Below the pieces are notes generated by a model, which did no database searches, had not been told where the DNA came from, and saw nothing but the letters and a program-made list of their open reading frames with translations. The translations under genes and the position numbers were made by a program. From Antedon mediterranea (taxonomy: Eukaryota > Animalia > Echinodermata): a DNA stretch of 64,000 nt. Shown here piece after piece: positions 1-15,300 of this stretch. Numbering within the stretch: position 1 is the first letter of the stretch; the number at the start of each line of letters is the position of its first letter. Location: NCBI RefSeq assembly GCF_964355755.1, contig NC_092675.1:10411812-10475811 (forward strand), read 5' to 3'.

Positions 1-299
1 CAACAAATCAACTTGTGATTGCATGTTATGTACAGTATATTAAATGCGTTATGAAAAATCATAAAACTAGTCATGTAATTATATAATTCATAATGATATG
101 AAGTTTATATATGAATGAACAACCACTTTTTAATTACAAAATAAATAGGCCCACTGGTCACGCCTAACTGGTAGCCCTAGCCTAGATTAGTGGATCCCGC
201 ATTAGTAGGCATCTAGGCTAGTTCGCCGTGTGGCGCAGCTATGAAATGATCCATCGCTGTATAGTCAAAGAATTGGTATAGTATAGAGTCGCCGATTAC

Positions 300-467
300 C
301 TCGCTCTGGGCATGCGCAATAGCGTGTCGGATTCCCTAACGCTGGGCAGTTGGGTTCCGGTGCCGGAATCCTAACCACGGCGAAATAAAATTCCCGCCGC
401 CGGCTTAGCCCTCTATTTTCTAGCCTACCAGTGCCACCTGAGCTCGCTACACTTTAGTTAGGCCTAG
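300..467 (+). promoter_or_regulatory. Candidate promoter and non-coding first exon of the SRSF11-like gene
   Basis: Locally GC/CpG-rich; NRF1-like GCATGCGCA at 310-318; donor-like AG|GTAAGA at 468; a possible acceptor AG at 3117-3118, 61 nt before the ATG. Inference. Confidence 0.4.
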
Positions 468-489
468 GTAAGATACCTACTAGTACTCT

Positions 490-2278
490 AGTGTGGGATT
501 ACGGTCGAAGCGGCCGCCAACCAAAGCGGCCGCTAGTTCAATAACGGTAATTTGTATGGAACGCCGTGTGCGCTTTGATTGTCGTTGTTTTGTAATTTTG
601 GATTGTCATAATTGTTTCGATCGACAGGTTTTCTTTTCCTCGGACGTAAATAACAACCTACATTATTAATATTATGTAATTTATTCTCGTTTTTTACAGA
701 TTGAATGTGATACGTTCTTTTAAACGAAATGGCGAATCGATGATTACTTACTTTAACTGTTCTAAATGATATAGGCCTATATGTTTAATAAAGTCAATAA
801 AATACATTGTGGTGTTTGTATTATATATTTAAAATATAATATATAATAAGCCAATTATAATAATATATACATTTTTTCAATAAAGTATAACAAATATATA
901 TATTTGTTATTGTATATTAATATAGTAAAGTAACTACTGTAAGTAGTACATGTTCGCAAACATAATTTAATTACAATAACATGATGACATCAATTTATTT
1001 ATTTAATATCCTAAATTGTTTTATAGTATACCTTCAGATATATAAATATTGATCAATTTAAATGAGTTTTAAATAATAAAATAAGATGCAAGTGTCTGTA
1101 CGGTACGGTAATTAATTACGCGAATTTCTGCTTATAACTCGACTGGCGGCCGGCCAGGAATAGTGCTGTAGAAGGTCGCGTTTTTGTCTTTACGTTGCTT
1201 TATTGAAAACACAAACAATGTATTACAATGGAATAACACTTAAATGTATAACACACCCTATTACTAATCAATAAAAACAAGATTCGATAGTACAGTGTAA
1301 ACTAAACGAGATATAAAAATTCGGCTATACCGTACGTAAATTATTATTGCAATAATGTATAAAGATTCGGCAATACCGTACGTAAATTATTAATGCAATA
1401 CTGTATAAAGATTCGATGGTATGTAAATGAGATATAAATATTCGGCAATACCGTACGTAAATTATTATTGCAATACTGTATAAAGATTTGATAGTATGTA
1501 AATGAGATATAAAGATTCGGCAATACCGTACGTAAATTATTAATGCAATACTGTATGAAGATTCTATTGTATGTAAATGAGATATAAAGATTCGGCAATA
1601 CCGTAGTACGTAAATTATTATTGCAATACTGTAAAAAGATTCTATGAGATATAAGGATTCAGCAATACCGTACGTAAATTATTAATGCAATACTGTATAA
1701 GGATTCGATAGTATGTAAATGAGATATAAAGATTCGGCAATACCATACGTAAATTATTAATGCAATACTGTATGAAGATTCGATAGTATGTAAATGAGAT
1801 ATAAATATTTGGCAATACCCGTTGTACGTAAATTATTAATGCAATACTGTATAAAGATTCGATAGGAGAGTGCTCAAGAAACGTCGGGTCAGTTCAACGT
1901 TATTTTTTATGTATTTAAAAAAAAAGGAGATATAAATAAACAAATAAATAGTACGTAAATGAGACATAAAGGTTCAATAGTAAGTATGTAGATTATGATG
2001 CAAACGTAAATTATTAATGATTCGATAGTATATGTAAATATATTTAGTTAGTTAATATTAAAATACAAATAAAATATACATTGATTTATCGGCAGGCAAA
2101 CTTAATTATTATTGAAATATAAAGATTCGATAGTACATGATTTGGCTTATATTTATTGGTTTTACCATACATACAGCTGTACATAGGCCATGACATTGAC
2201 AATCAAAGATTAAAGCGCACATGGCGTTCCATACAAATGACGATATTAAACTGGCAGCCGCTTCAACCATACTCCCAA
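490..2278. mobile_element. Non-autonomous TIR element enclosing a tandem array
   Basis: 490-590 (...TTTGTATGGAACGCCGTGTGCGCTTTGATTGTC) is a diverged reverse complement of 2198-2278 (...AAAGCGCACATGGCGTTCCATACAAAT...). Confidence 0.55.
1290..1865. repeat. 75-bp tandem minisatellite, about 7 diverged copies
   Basis: Unit AAGATTCGGCAATACCGTACGTAAATTATTAATGCAATACTGTATAAAGATTCGATAGTATGTAAATGAGATATA. Confidence 0.92.
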
Positions 2279-2329
2279 GTGTGCTACTGCTAGCAGTACT
2301 ATACCATAGATCGTATAATACTCACGGAT

Positions 2330-3030
2330 TAGGCCAAGTTGAGCAGCCGCCAGAAAAACGTTATTTTCTATGGAACGCCAAATGCTAACTTTCGCTGGTG
2401 CTCGTTCTATTTATATTAGGGATAACGATGTACATTCAAAAGTTTATATATCATGGTTTTTAGTATATATATTATTAAATATTATAATTAAAGAAATAAT
2501 TATGAAAATCTGGCTTGTAGATTCCAAAATATAAGGCCTAAAACATCACCGAAAGTGATCGTTTTAGCCAAAAATGTTGCCCCTCAGTCGGCAGTTGTAT
2601 GAACTAGGCCTACTCCTTTTTTCGGTAAAATAATTACATAAAATCACGTTTTTTAGTAAAATATTTTGTGTATTAACATTGTAAAATTCAATAAAATATG
2701 ATATTAAAAGATTAGTAAATAAAAAATAATATTTATTTAACCTCATTCGAAGAATGTTAATACTCTATTAATTAGTCCTGAGAGACAACGTGACTTTACG
2801 TGGTAGGCCTACACGCGGAGGTATGCACTCTCGGAGTGTCTTTCTAGTTGTAATATGTAATTATATATTATTTATTTTCATGACACAATAAACCAAGACC
2901 ATGAACTTATGTACTAGGACACCACCCTAATCACTACGCGAAATGTCGTAAAAGACGCATGCACTGGGCGTTTCATAGAAATCACCGGCGGCTCAACTTG
3001 TCGGCGGCCCAACCGGTCATATCCCATACT
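2330..3030. mobile_element. Second TIR element related to 490-2278
   Basis: AAGTTGAGC..CCGCC...TTTCTATGGAACGCC (2337-2379) is inverted at about 2967-3000 as GGCGTTTCATAGAAA...GGCGGCTCAACTT. Confidence 0.45.
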
Positions 3031-3179
3031 CACCTAGTGTAGAACTCATCGTGGTACAGACAGAGGACTAGCCTACGTAGGCCTAAACTAATATTAATAA
3101 TAATACTTTTCTAAAAAGGTCAGTTGTGTTGTGGCTAGAAGAAGTTGAACATTCACAAGTATTACACAATAAATAAACA

Positions 3180-3301
3180 ATGACTGGTATTCGCATAATT
3201 CAAGTCACAAATGTGTCGCCATCAGCCTCGGTTGATCAGATGAAGACGTTGTTTGAATTTCTAGGAAAAGTTGAAGATATTTTGTTGGTTCCAAGCCCAG
3301 A
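3180..3301 (+). CDS. SRSF11: SRSF11-like coding exon 1 (start of RRM1)
   Basis: ATG at 3180; MTGIRIIQVTNVSPSASVDQMKTLFEFLGKVEDILLVPSP; donor GTAAGT at 3302. Confidence 0.9.
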
Positions 3302-6300
3302 GTAAGTTTATGTTGTTTAATAGAAAAATTAATAAAAAGAATAAAATAAAAGGAAGTCCTAGTGAGATCAAATGTTATTTAATGTTGTTTTGATAATTAA
3401 TTTAACATTTTATACATTTTTTAATATAAAAAACTGTCAAAATACTGATTATGTTTTTTCAGAAACTGAGGCCTGCCCTCTGTGATACTAAGTCATGCTT
3501 TGTTGTTGTTGACGCGTTGTGACAAATGAGAAGTTGAATAATATTTTAATTTAAATTGTTTCTGGAAAGAAAAATATATATAAGTTAAATTTACAACTAC
3601 TATAAAGCATTTTAATAACATGTACTTTCATTTTATCATAAAACCCTACCAGGCAAATATTAGCATGACCACTAGCCAATCCTTGCAATTTTACCCACTA
3701 TTATGGATAATAATTTTGATGCTTTCATTTTCTTATCAATATAGTGATTTGCAAGCACAAATTTGCTTTGCAAAATATGCTGATGAAAGTTCTGTTGCAG
3801 TTGCTCAGCATCTTACAAATACGGTGTTTGTTGACAGAGCTCTCATAGTAGTTCCCGCAAAGGACAGTAAGTAATCACAAAGAATAATTATTATGGACTT
3901 AACGCAACAGGACAGGAAATGGAAGCTGACAGTAATTTAGATAAACTAACCCCAAGTCTGTAATTATTGCCTTTTTTATTTTGGTCCACCAGTCGGTGTT
4001 TCAATTTTGGTCTGGAAATCAAATTTTCAACCGCAAACATCAGATAAGAATGACGTAGGTTATCATACCGTATTTACCTAATGCTCCTTAAAAACGAAGG
4101 ACTGCAGTTTATAGTTAACTCTTTACAAGAGTATGTAATGTGGCCATTATGAATGAGTAGTTGTTACAAATTAATTACATTAAAGTTATTGTTGCAGCTT
4201 TTAACAATAGTAGTTGTTACACACACCTGTCTCCTTCCGGTTGCATGAAGTCCTTATGATACCGATGATGACAGAAAGACATTACGTTTGTTTACCATCA
4301 AATATACCTACGCCAACCAGTTTACACAATACAAGACTTTTATTGAAAATAATTAATAATTATTGTGCATATGTGCAATTAAAAATGTAGCTCACTATGT
4401 AACTTACTTACTTAATGTCATCCCACGACGACTTAATTCTTAGTGGGTGCCATGATAATTTGTCTCCACACATCTCTATCAAGCATGCTCTTCCTCAGTT
4501 CACTCAGGTCTAGTTTGGTATCTTTCAACAGAATGTCGAGCCAAGTCAGTTGAGGTCTTCCCACTTTCCTTTTATCTTCTGGTTCCCAAAGGAGAACTCT
4601 TGAGGCTGGCTCAGAGCTTCTCATAACATGACCGGACAGACCCATGCGACATCTTTGAATGATGGTCGTAAGACGGGGAAGGTTGCCATATAGTGTCTTG
4701 TTGGTGGCGTGTGAGATGTTTTGGACTATCCTCAGCATGCGGGTGTATGCTCCCATCAAATGATTTTGAGAGCAATGAAGTAAGACTCCATGTCTCACTA
4801 TGTAAAGTGAATGAGAATTTTGTTTCTATTATGAATGTTTTTTCAGACACTTTTCCAGATGAAGAAAAGGCTTTGCAAATCTTACAGAATGGAGGTGTAG
4901 CAGGAGGCCAGAATGGTGCAGGACAGGTATACTATTGAATTTAATTTATGAATTGATCGGACCCATAACAAGTTCTTGCGCTTTGTCGGCCCAGCAGCCA
5001 ACCTGCCTCCTATTGTTTCCCGACATCTAGGAGAGCAAGACAGGACTTGCACTTCCTGTATAAATGTCTTACTTCTAAGTTTGATTGTGATCTTGTTTCG
5101 TTGTTTTATTTTAATGTTCCTGTTCGTAATCTTCGTAGTAAACCCTTTCTTCATGTTAAATTTTCTCGTGTCAATGTTTGTAAAAATGGTATTTTCTGTA
5201 GACTCTCGTCATTGTACAATTCTTGTATTTTAAAAAATAATTCTTTAGATATTTTTAACTGTAATTGTTCTCAATTTAAATGTATTATTAATGAAATTAT
5301 TTAAATTTTCTTTTTCATTTGTATATCTTTATATTGGCTCATATTTTATAGTTTAGCTTTTATTTTCAACCTGTTATTGGTGTTTTACACTGTTGGTTTG
5401 ATATAAAGAATAAATGAACTGATCATAATTATTATCTCTGTCACTTAAGAACAGCTCAGGAGACAAAAACACTATACAGTACAACCTGCATTTTATGTAC
5501 GGTACAGGACCAAAAGATATACGTAAAACATGGGATTCGTCAAATTCAAGTTAACCTTAAATTAAATTGACACCAACGCGTAAATATATAGCTATATAAG
5601 GTGCAGTATTTGCCTATTTTACGTACAGCAGCTTCTATGTAGCCTGTAGAGAAGTAGAATGTGGTGCAGAGATGGCCATAACATAACACGGCAGGCTATG
5701 CGATGATAAAAATATTTTAAATAAAATTCAGTGTATTTAAATCTATTATATCACATTTTCATCTATCTTCAAACAATTTCTATCAATAAACACAGTTGCT
5801 ACTTTTTTACAATGTTATTCTCTGCATCATGTGTGAGTGGCGTATCAGATCCATGGCTCTGCTGCTGTTAAATTGCACCTTGTTCAATTTTATAAGCACT
5901 GTTAAATGATGGACTATCACTAAATAAAGCTTAACACTTTTAATAAATGAAAAATCCACAGAAAACAACATGTATTAAATTGTCATATTATCGTAAAATC
6001 AAGTGAACATAAAATCAGGATTTGTAAGATAAAGGTTCTGCTGTAATGTATTTTATAGGATATACCAATTCACCATATTATTACAAAGTAAGAAAATAAA
6101 TGGTTTAAATTAAGTTATAGTGGATTTACACTACATTCTAGTTAAAATGTAGCTTAATTGTTGAAAATGTATTTATTTATAAGTATTTGTTTTTGTAGGG
6201 TGCAGGATCCAATTCCGCATTTGATGCAACTCTTGCTGCTCTGGGCTTACCACAGCCCCCACAACTGTCAAATGTTGATCCTTCGAAAATCGAAGAAATT

Positions 6301-9300
6301 AGACGTACAATCTATGTTGGCAATTTAGATTCTTCTGTAAGTACCAATTTTCATGCTCCCTTTATTTTCGCGATTGAACAACGATCGAAAAAGTAAGGGT
6401 GTGCGGAAATCGCTAAATTCCAACCGATATTGTTTACATTCGATCAGGCCTAGGCTTAATTTTACTGATGTTATTCAACAAATTACGCAAGAAACTCAAA
6501 TCGCAAAAATGAAAGGTCGCAAAATAGTTGAAAATGTAAAATCGCAGTATTTCACCTCCGATGTTGTAAAAGAGTGAAGCATGCAACCAATGGCTGATTA
6601 CGGCCTAGATTTTAATGTTGTCTTTAATGCAAGAGTGTAATTACATATCATGACAAAACTAAGTAGTTTTAATCATAAATAATATGTAAACTCGCGTAAT
6701 ATAACATAGGGCCTATAACAGTCACTGAAATAGTTTTATTTCAATCTTGATCGTGTTTGGCTTTAAAAATGGTGTAGATAGGCCTAGCAGCTATAATGCC
6801 GCAAAAAGCTAGGCCTACGTTTTTTTAATAAACTTGTTTAAAACTTTTGGCGAAACAATATTTTTGCTAACGATAAAATATGGTTATGAAAAAAAATTTT
6901 CCTACCGACCTACCCATTTTTTAGATTTATCCAAAACATGGCAAACACAATTTTTTATTTTTTTTACTTTACACTACAGTGAACTGTAAACCGTGAAATC
7001 TTGAAAAGAAGCCCAGTGGGCCAAATTTTATGATGGGCTTTTTTTCAAGGTTTTCAAAACTTTGTCTTTGCGTATATTGTCTGCATATCATCTTGTGCTA
7101 TATTTTGAATTATAACGCACCTGATTGTATTGTATTCTTCAAATAAATACAAATTTAAATTTAATTTTAATTATGCATAATGTGTCATTGGAATTAGTCC
7201 TACCTATTGAAAAAGTGTTTCTGACCCTGTCTTCACTTTTGTACATCATTTTTTGTATACCAAATTTTCCTCATAACAATTAATGAAGACACAACATATA
7301 AATGTTAATTATTAATCTTATTTTTAGGTTACTGCTGAACAACTTCTAACCTTCTTTCAAAAAATTGGTGAAGTGAAATATGTTCGTATGGCAGGGGATG
7401 AAACTCAGCCAACTCGGTTTGCATTTGTCGAGTTCAGTGATCAAATGACTGTAGCTAAAGCGTTAACCTATAATGGAGTAATGCATGGAGGACGACCCCT
7501 TAAGTATGATTTTATTATCTTGTTTTGAGGTATCCGTTAAAGATTGTCCTCTAAAAAAAAAGTTTTTAAATTGTTGTTGAATATGCTATTTTAATGTCAC
7601 ATAATAGTAATATTCACTTTGACCAAAAATTGGATAGAAAAAAAAAGAGATTGTCCCCTAAAAAAAATAAGTTTTTAAATTTTTTTGGTTGAATATGCTA
7701 TTTTAATGTCACATAATAGTTATTCACTTTGGCCAAATATTTGATAGAAAAAAAATTATTTACCTGATAAAACTAATTTAAAGCCAGAAATAGTCAAATT
7801 GACTGGATGCCAATGGGTTTTTGGTTGAATTTAACCGTTTATTTTAACATCTTTTCTGGTTTTTTAACTTTGTTAAAATGACAAAATGGCCTATTCAAAG
7901 TCTGATTTTATTAATTTTAATTTTTCATGTTTTTGGATGACAATACATCTTTATTAAGCTTGTTTTCCAGTCATCGTTGAGTAAACCAGATTCAATGAAT
8001 TAAAGAATTAAAAGAGTTAATCATAATTTGCGTGGACATTGGCATAACAATTGGTAGGAAAAATGGTCAAAATCAATTCTAAAAACAATCTTTAAGTTTT
8101 AATTCGGCTATGGTTTTGCTATATTCCATAACCATGTCATCACGGAAACAATCAAGAGAAACACTAAAGCACAGTTTAAATGATTTTCCTACTTTAATGA
8201 CCTCAATATTAACACTAACAAACATTTTTCAGGATCAACCATTCAAATAATGCAATTGTTAAACCACCAACAAAATCAAATGAAACTACCCAGAGAGAAA
8301 TGGAAGAGGCCATGAAGAGAGTGAGAGATGCACAAGCCTTGATTCAAGCGGCTATTGATCCAGGTGAGTCATGTGGTAAAAGGTAAAATAGTTCACTTGG
8401 TATAAATATGTAATAAAGTCGATGTGCGATATATACTCTAAACAAGTATATACTGTAACAGGCGACATATTTATTTATCACTAAAATTGACAATCGCATA
8501 TTCAAATGGATGATTCATATTTTACAACGTGAACATGGTACTGACTGCGCTGATATATGATTAACTGTGTATTATTGTTTCCTGACATCCAGTGGCTTGC
8601 AAATTCATACAAAATAAACAAAATATCCCCCACTTGCCTAATGTACTTGTCAATTTTATGACGCACTATACTACCACTGGTAGAGGTGCATCATGGTTGC
8701 ATCTTTTACACATAATGACGCAGTGGTGCGTCAAAAACCTAAATGGTACATCATCTCAATGAACAATGGTGTGTAAATCGCTTTAATTGGAATAAAACAA
8801 ACAAACATTAAGATGTTTAGGAAAAGGCCTCCGTCATAAATATCTATTTGACATTGTCTTTTGCGACAGACGTCTGCCATACTAAGCCATTTCGCTGGAA
8901 AAATGAATTACTAAATTCTCAGATGTTTTTCCGATGATTTTATATTTTGTTGCTGCATTAAGTCTTCTCAGATAAGTCCAGTGTACACATCTGGCTCATG
9001 TGCTGTTTAAAGTCCCTACAATAGTACATTTTTCGAGACGAGTAGGGGGTTGCCCGGGTGTACTAGTACACGCACAGCAACTGTCACACAGCCACTCATC
9101 ATGGTCACCCAGTATAAAGTAATAAATAATAAAGTCTGTAGAATTTATCTAATAATTTATTCTTTAGTGTTCACTACATCAAGTGAAAAAGAAAAGAGAA
9201 GTCGATCTCGTAGTCGTAGCAGAAAACGATCTCGATCACGCAGACGTAGTCGAACACCGCGTGGAGGCAGAAGTAGACATCGATCCAGAACACCTCGTCG

Positions 9301-12300
9301 TCGTAGATCACGTTCGCGCAGAAGATCTAGATCTCGAAAACGAACTGTAAGTCCTAAAAGAAGATCACCACGGAGAAGGTCTAGAACTCCACCAAGACGA
9401 AGATCTCGTACTCCAAGACGCCGATCCAGAACACCACGTAGAAGATCTAGAACACCAGTAAGAGAAAGATCTAAAACTCCTAAACGTAAAACTGAAAAAT
9501 CTCCACGGCGTTCAAAATCACCAAAACGCAAATCCCGTTCTCGTTCGAGGTAAGTTAAAATCACTATTTTTGTAATTGACATCAATTAAGTTAAAAGGTT
9601 ATTTGCCAAAATTTTATCAAGGAGTCTAAATAAAAAGTGCAGAATAAAGTGCAGAAAGATAATACGGCAAGTTTTTCTACAAGATAACTGCGTAATAGAA
9701 CAAATTATTTCAGACCATGTGCTTTCTATCCTTCCCAGATGCGTCTGAAAACCCTGTCTCACAGTGACGTGTTAAGACACTGATATTCAGTTTTTACGGC
9801 CAACTGCACATGAATTTTTAGCATGCAACCTATGTTGTACCAATCGTCTGTTCCCCTGTTTCTATTTCACATCTTGTGCTTGTTGCATAGAGAGATGAAA
9901 AAATTAAATTTTCCAACACAAGGGTTATGAAAATGGTAGTCTATTGCAAGGGTGTCCGTTTTTCATATCTAATTTAAGGTCACAAACTACATTTAATGTA
10001 GAAATAAATACTATATGGTCCTATTGAGATAACTATTCACTTTAAACAATTTTAATAATTTTAGCGGCCTGCTATAAATCCCAACATGCATTGCGCACAG
10101 ATATTTTTGTTTTTACTTTTCTATCAATCATGAGGACAAAAAAAATGTTCAGCGAAATACCAGGTTTCCCCAATTTGTATCAACGGAGTCTGGCAAAACC
10201 AGAAACACAATTAATGCAGCAACTATACAATGTCAGGCTAGGCCTATAGCTAGCATACGATGTCCGTACGTTACCAATGTTTACCAGTTGGGCCTACCTA
10301 AAGACCACCCACGAGAGGATATTCACCGCGAGCTACTTAGGTAGTGCATTATTTCCCTTTTTTTATCATAATTTACCATAAAACCTAACACAAGGAATGA
10401 CCTGGTTTAATGTTTTTAAAGTAATTATGCAGTACTTCTACAAAACGTTACAAATTGTAGGGAATGGGTCTTTTTCACCTCGTGGGTGGACACCGCCTGA
10501 CTCTCTATTGACACATATTTTTGCATGTGAAATTACAACAACAATACAATGTCACGTGTGATTGGCTTGGCAGTTGATGGATGACTGTAATTTGTGAAAC
10601 AAAGCCCTTTTAAATGCTTTTGTTTAAATACTGGGCGTCATTATAAACACCGCCAGGAGCGTTAATTGTGAAATAACATGTTTGTTTTGGGAAAATGTTG
10701 TTTAATTTCAGTTATTTTAGATGAAAAATCTCTAGGCTAGACCTAAATTGTCCAGATTTTTGGGGGGGAAATAACCGATTTTCGGGTAAGTGGGGATCTG
10801 CTTTAAAAATCTGGAAAAAATCACGCAAATTTCGGGGAACTAAGAACTTGGTACCTCTGTAGTAGACCTACCTAATTTTACATTGTGTTTTCTCTTCAAA
10901 AGAATGTTTTTTAAACAATTTTCATCATTTGGCGGTACACGGTCGGTCTACACGAAATAGGTTAGCTTTGACCTTCTTTGAAGCCTATACTCCGTATCTA
11001 CAAAAAAAGTGACTCCCCCTCTTACTCAGGGGAAAGTTGGACGACCTTAGGCAATCAAAATCGCGACTCAACATGACTGAAATTTCATTTTTGGCTAGGC
11101 CGGCTAGATGCGTCTTAAACTGTTTTGGTGTTCAAGTTTCTGTGAACTCTTATCTAAACAATAGGGTAGCCGTGTTTCATTGTGACTGTTGCACAATGAT
11201 TGTTGAGAACTCATGTTGTAAAGCAACGCGCTGAGGGCTGCCCCGTATATGATGAGATGTGAAAATCAGTTTTGCAAATAAACAATGTTAATTGTAATTG
11301 GACAGTTGAATTTATGAGTCATTTACGGCCACAAAATCAGCTGCAAAATATCTTTTTTGCTCATATCAACAAAAAGTCTATTTATAGTTTTGCAATTTCA
11401 TTCTCCGATTTCAACTTCTCTAAAGATTAAATAACATTTCATTGATAACCTATTTTTTTTACTGCACCACAAAATCAGTCTGCCGCCCTCTGGATTACAT
11501 TAAACTACAATTTACTGCTGACCTTTAATCCTAATTATTATGCATGAACCTTTAATTTTGTTTAGCCATTTGGTGAAAGTAAAACATAATTTTTCAATTT
11601 TAATTCACTCTATCTATTTTTAAGCAAATCGGTCTTTATAAAAAGTTTTTAGGCAATTTATTTTTTTGCGTGTCTGGAAAAAAATCAAACTAATGAAATT
11701 AATAAAATGAGGTTTATTCATGCCAGATTTTCTCTCAAATTTGAATATGCTCTTGCTCCTTTTTCATTTTGATGACATCTTGTAAATATGAATAATGTGG
11801 GTTTCATAATTTCACCTACTGTATATTTGAATCTGTCACAGAAATAATTTGTAGATGGGAATTCATATAAAAAAATGTGCATGTCAGATTTTATGCTATG
11901 TGGCCTCTTTTGTCATAGTTCTATACATTAAAAAGAGCGCGCATGAATATATGAATATGTCCTTGCCCAGACAAATACCTTCAGACATTGTCATCTTCAG
12001 GTTTCATTTTAATGATGTCATGTCAAAAGATCTAAGTAAGTATAGACATATGTAGATCCTGTAATATCACTTTTGCTGTACACTGTACAGTATACTATAC
12101 TCTGTATGACATATTTAACACTATTTACATGCTTCAGGTCAAAGAATGGCAACAGTACATCAACTTTCAGTGCTCATATTTTAATGTATGTATTTCTGTT
12201 TTTATCTAAGCTGTTTAGAAATTGGAATTTGTAATCTTTTGTACCGCTCAATCCGAGGTAGTGGTACTTTAGTTAGTTTTAGCGTTCCATAGATGTCTAC

Positions 12301-15300
12301 CAATATTATGCTATTATTTCAGCTTACTTCCAAAGCCATAAACAAGTTTCTCACATCTGTCATAGAGACACACGGTCTAGGTCAACAACAAAATAATGTA
12401 GTACTCCACTGTCACAAACTCATCATATATTATGCACTGGGCCCTCTGGTAGAACAGTCTTAGACTGTGTTTATACAACACCCTAAAGTTGAATCCGTCT
12501 TTAATTTTTAGCGTGTTGCACGGGCCGAGGTCAACCCTACAAAAACCTTGCAGTTATACATGAAATCGTAATACCGTGTTATACCGTAGTTCATAATCCT
12601 AAGTTGTACATATACTTGCATGCATTATGAATTAATATGAGTTTATATTAAGGATTTTGATAAAGGATGATTTCGTTTAAAATTTAGTTTATTCAATTAT
12701 TGATTTTTTAAATCTGCTTTTGAAACTAGAAAAAAAATGTTTTAGAATTAGGATAAAACTATGCTACATTTTGCCAAATTATGCTAACATTTGATTAGCG
12801 TTAATGTTAAGTGCTAAATCGGTTAAAATATGCAAAAAAGCACAATTATCTTCTAGATTTTCACAGCACATACTTTTATTTAACGAGAGGTCAAAACAAT
12901 ACCCTGAGGACACTTCCAACACGCCAACAGCAACCGGGAATCCACAAAATGTTAGGATTCAGCCAAGTAGCCTTTTTTGCAATTAAAATCTCATTACACG
13001 GAATCTCTTCGATGTTATACAACACACTTTTTGTAGGCGTGTTGAATATGCGTGTAATAGCGTGTTGTATAAACGCGCACTTAGGGCCCGCTTATACAAC
13101 ACGCTAAATTTACATGCATTGACGTTGGCGTGTTGTATAAACAGAAATGGATTCCGTGTATTACTAAACCATCTGGAAAGGCTACTTGAAAAGGCTACTT
13201 GACGACCGACCAAATTTGGCCGGTTGGAGTAGCTGAAGTAGCCTTTTTAAGTAGCCTCAGGGGACAAGTTGACCTCTCCAATGTAATAAATTATTACTAA
13301 CCAGCTTTCGTCGGATATTATGTAATATCCATGGTAATAATCAACAGCCTAGCCTATGCCTACAGGAAGGACTGATATCTTATCGTTTTTAAAGTAATTG
13401 CCCACCAGGAGAGACATCGATCGATCGCGAGGAGTAAACCTAGGCTAGAGGCCTAACGTGCATGCTGGAACGGGTGGATTTATTCGATATATAAATAATA
13501 AGTTTGAACAAAAGAGCTTACAACAATCTTAGGTACATTTTTATTAAATGTATAGGCCTACTTGCTTGGCGACTCATTTAACAAGTTCGTAATCGGATCG
13601 TAGTACTCTGTACAGTAAAACCAAAAAACACCGCCTCAACAACCTCGTGCGATGTACAATCTGTTGTTCTTTGCAGATCAACATTGGTAGAGTCCATTAA
13701 TTATGAGGGTGTTTAAAAATGTGATAACTATTAAAAACCTGTCTTAACCACTGTGTAATCAAAGCGTTTATTTAGTTAAAACTTTGACCCCCCTCAAAAT
13801 TGATAATCACGTATTCCGGTTATCACATGATTGAGTCACGGTTGGTTGCACACTTCTTTTTTACACGTCCGGCGGCAGAGGTGAAATATATTCGCGAATA
13901 AGACAATATATTTTCACTATTTTGGTTTCACGATTGCCGTTGGGCTCACAAAAAAAAAAGCCGACCTTCATTTTCGTCACTTTAGGGTCGGTCGGGCGTG
14001 GCCAACACAATAAAAAAAAATTTGGCCTAATACTATTTTATCTCACGAAACTTCCTGTTCACAAAAGCACACACGAACGTTCAACACGGTAGTTCATTTT
14101 TTATGTATGAACTATGCAGATTAGGGGATTGACCTTGATCTGTGATAACACGCATCCTACGAACATGCGTGTAAATAAGAAGCGTGTTGTATAAACACAG
14201 CCTTAGACTGAAGTAGCTACCCAGTATAAAGAATAAATTAATAATCAGACCCCAGAATAATTCCAAGTGCTCTTTTTAGAGTTGAAAACGAATGTTTAAA
14301 GGTGATAGCACCATGCCAAACAGAGCAAGCATATTGAGTATGTGGAGTACTCGTACACACATCATGTCATTATGAGGAGAAGTAGCCCACCAGTTTCTTT
14401 TTCATTTTATATACTTTTCTTTCACTTATTGGATGCCATTTACCAGGTTTGTTATGATGATGAATACTGCCTTACCGCTGAAAAGTCTGCCGACATTTCC
14501 GCTTGGGCTGCTCCGTAAATCTCTTTTACCAGTTTCTTCCAGTTTGATCTTTCATTGGCTAGTTCTTTAAGTTGTTTCATGTCTTTCTTGGTTTTCAATT
14601 GTCCAGGATACTTGATGTTTGTGTTCTGCTTATAAAGGGTGAGTAGGTCGTTGCTGAGAGTTATTGGTAGGGTGGTTCTCGGTCTTCCTCGAAATGTTAT
14701 ATTGGTAGTGTTGCTGAAATAATAGCTTATTGCTGTGTTGGCTGGTGTATATGGGTCTTGTCTATAAAGTATGTTATGTTTGATGCATTTTAATGTTTTT
14801 GTTATAAAAATATGTTTCTTAGCTATCACAAGCTCGTATGTATTATGGTCTCAGTTTGCTTAAATAACTGTAGGTAATGTTTACAGGATACGCTAATTTA
14901 ACTAGCGTAAAATAGTCAAGAAACTAAGAATGTAAATTAAACTGTACAATATTTTTTAATTATTTAAGTGAAAAAGATGGAGTTACACATAAAAACATTT
15001 TAAATAAAGAAATACATTACTGTACATTACTAAATAAAATCATCACATACTGTAGTTGCTTGCTTATGAATTACTAAACGGACAGACTAAATAAGGAGAC
15101 TACATCCTTATTAAAATTATCATACAGCATACAGGGTGCCATATAATGACCTCATCACATAACTTTGAGATGAGTATAATTAGGTGTTTTCAGATGAAAT
15201 TTATATGACGATATGATGTCATTTTCTAGGTAAAGTTGTAACAACTTTAGTCACCATTCCATTATTTGGTATACCACACAACAAGTGGGGATTAACCTGA

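Noticed and set aside
1344-1598. 84-aa repeat ORF
   Set aside because: Translation of the 75-bp minisatellite.
9157-9585. 142-aa antisense ORF
   Set aside because: Shadow of the RS-domain exon.
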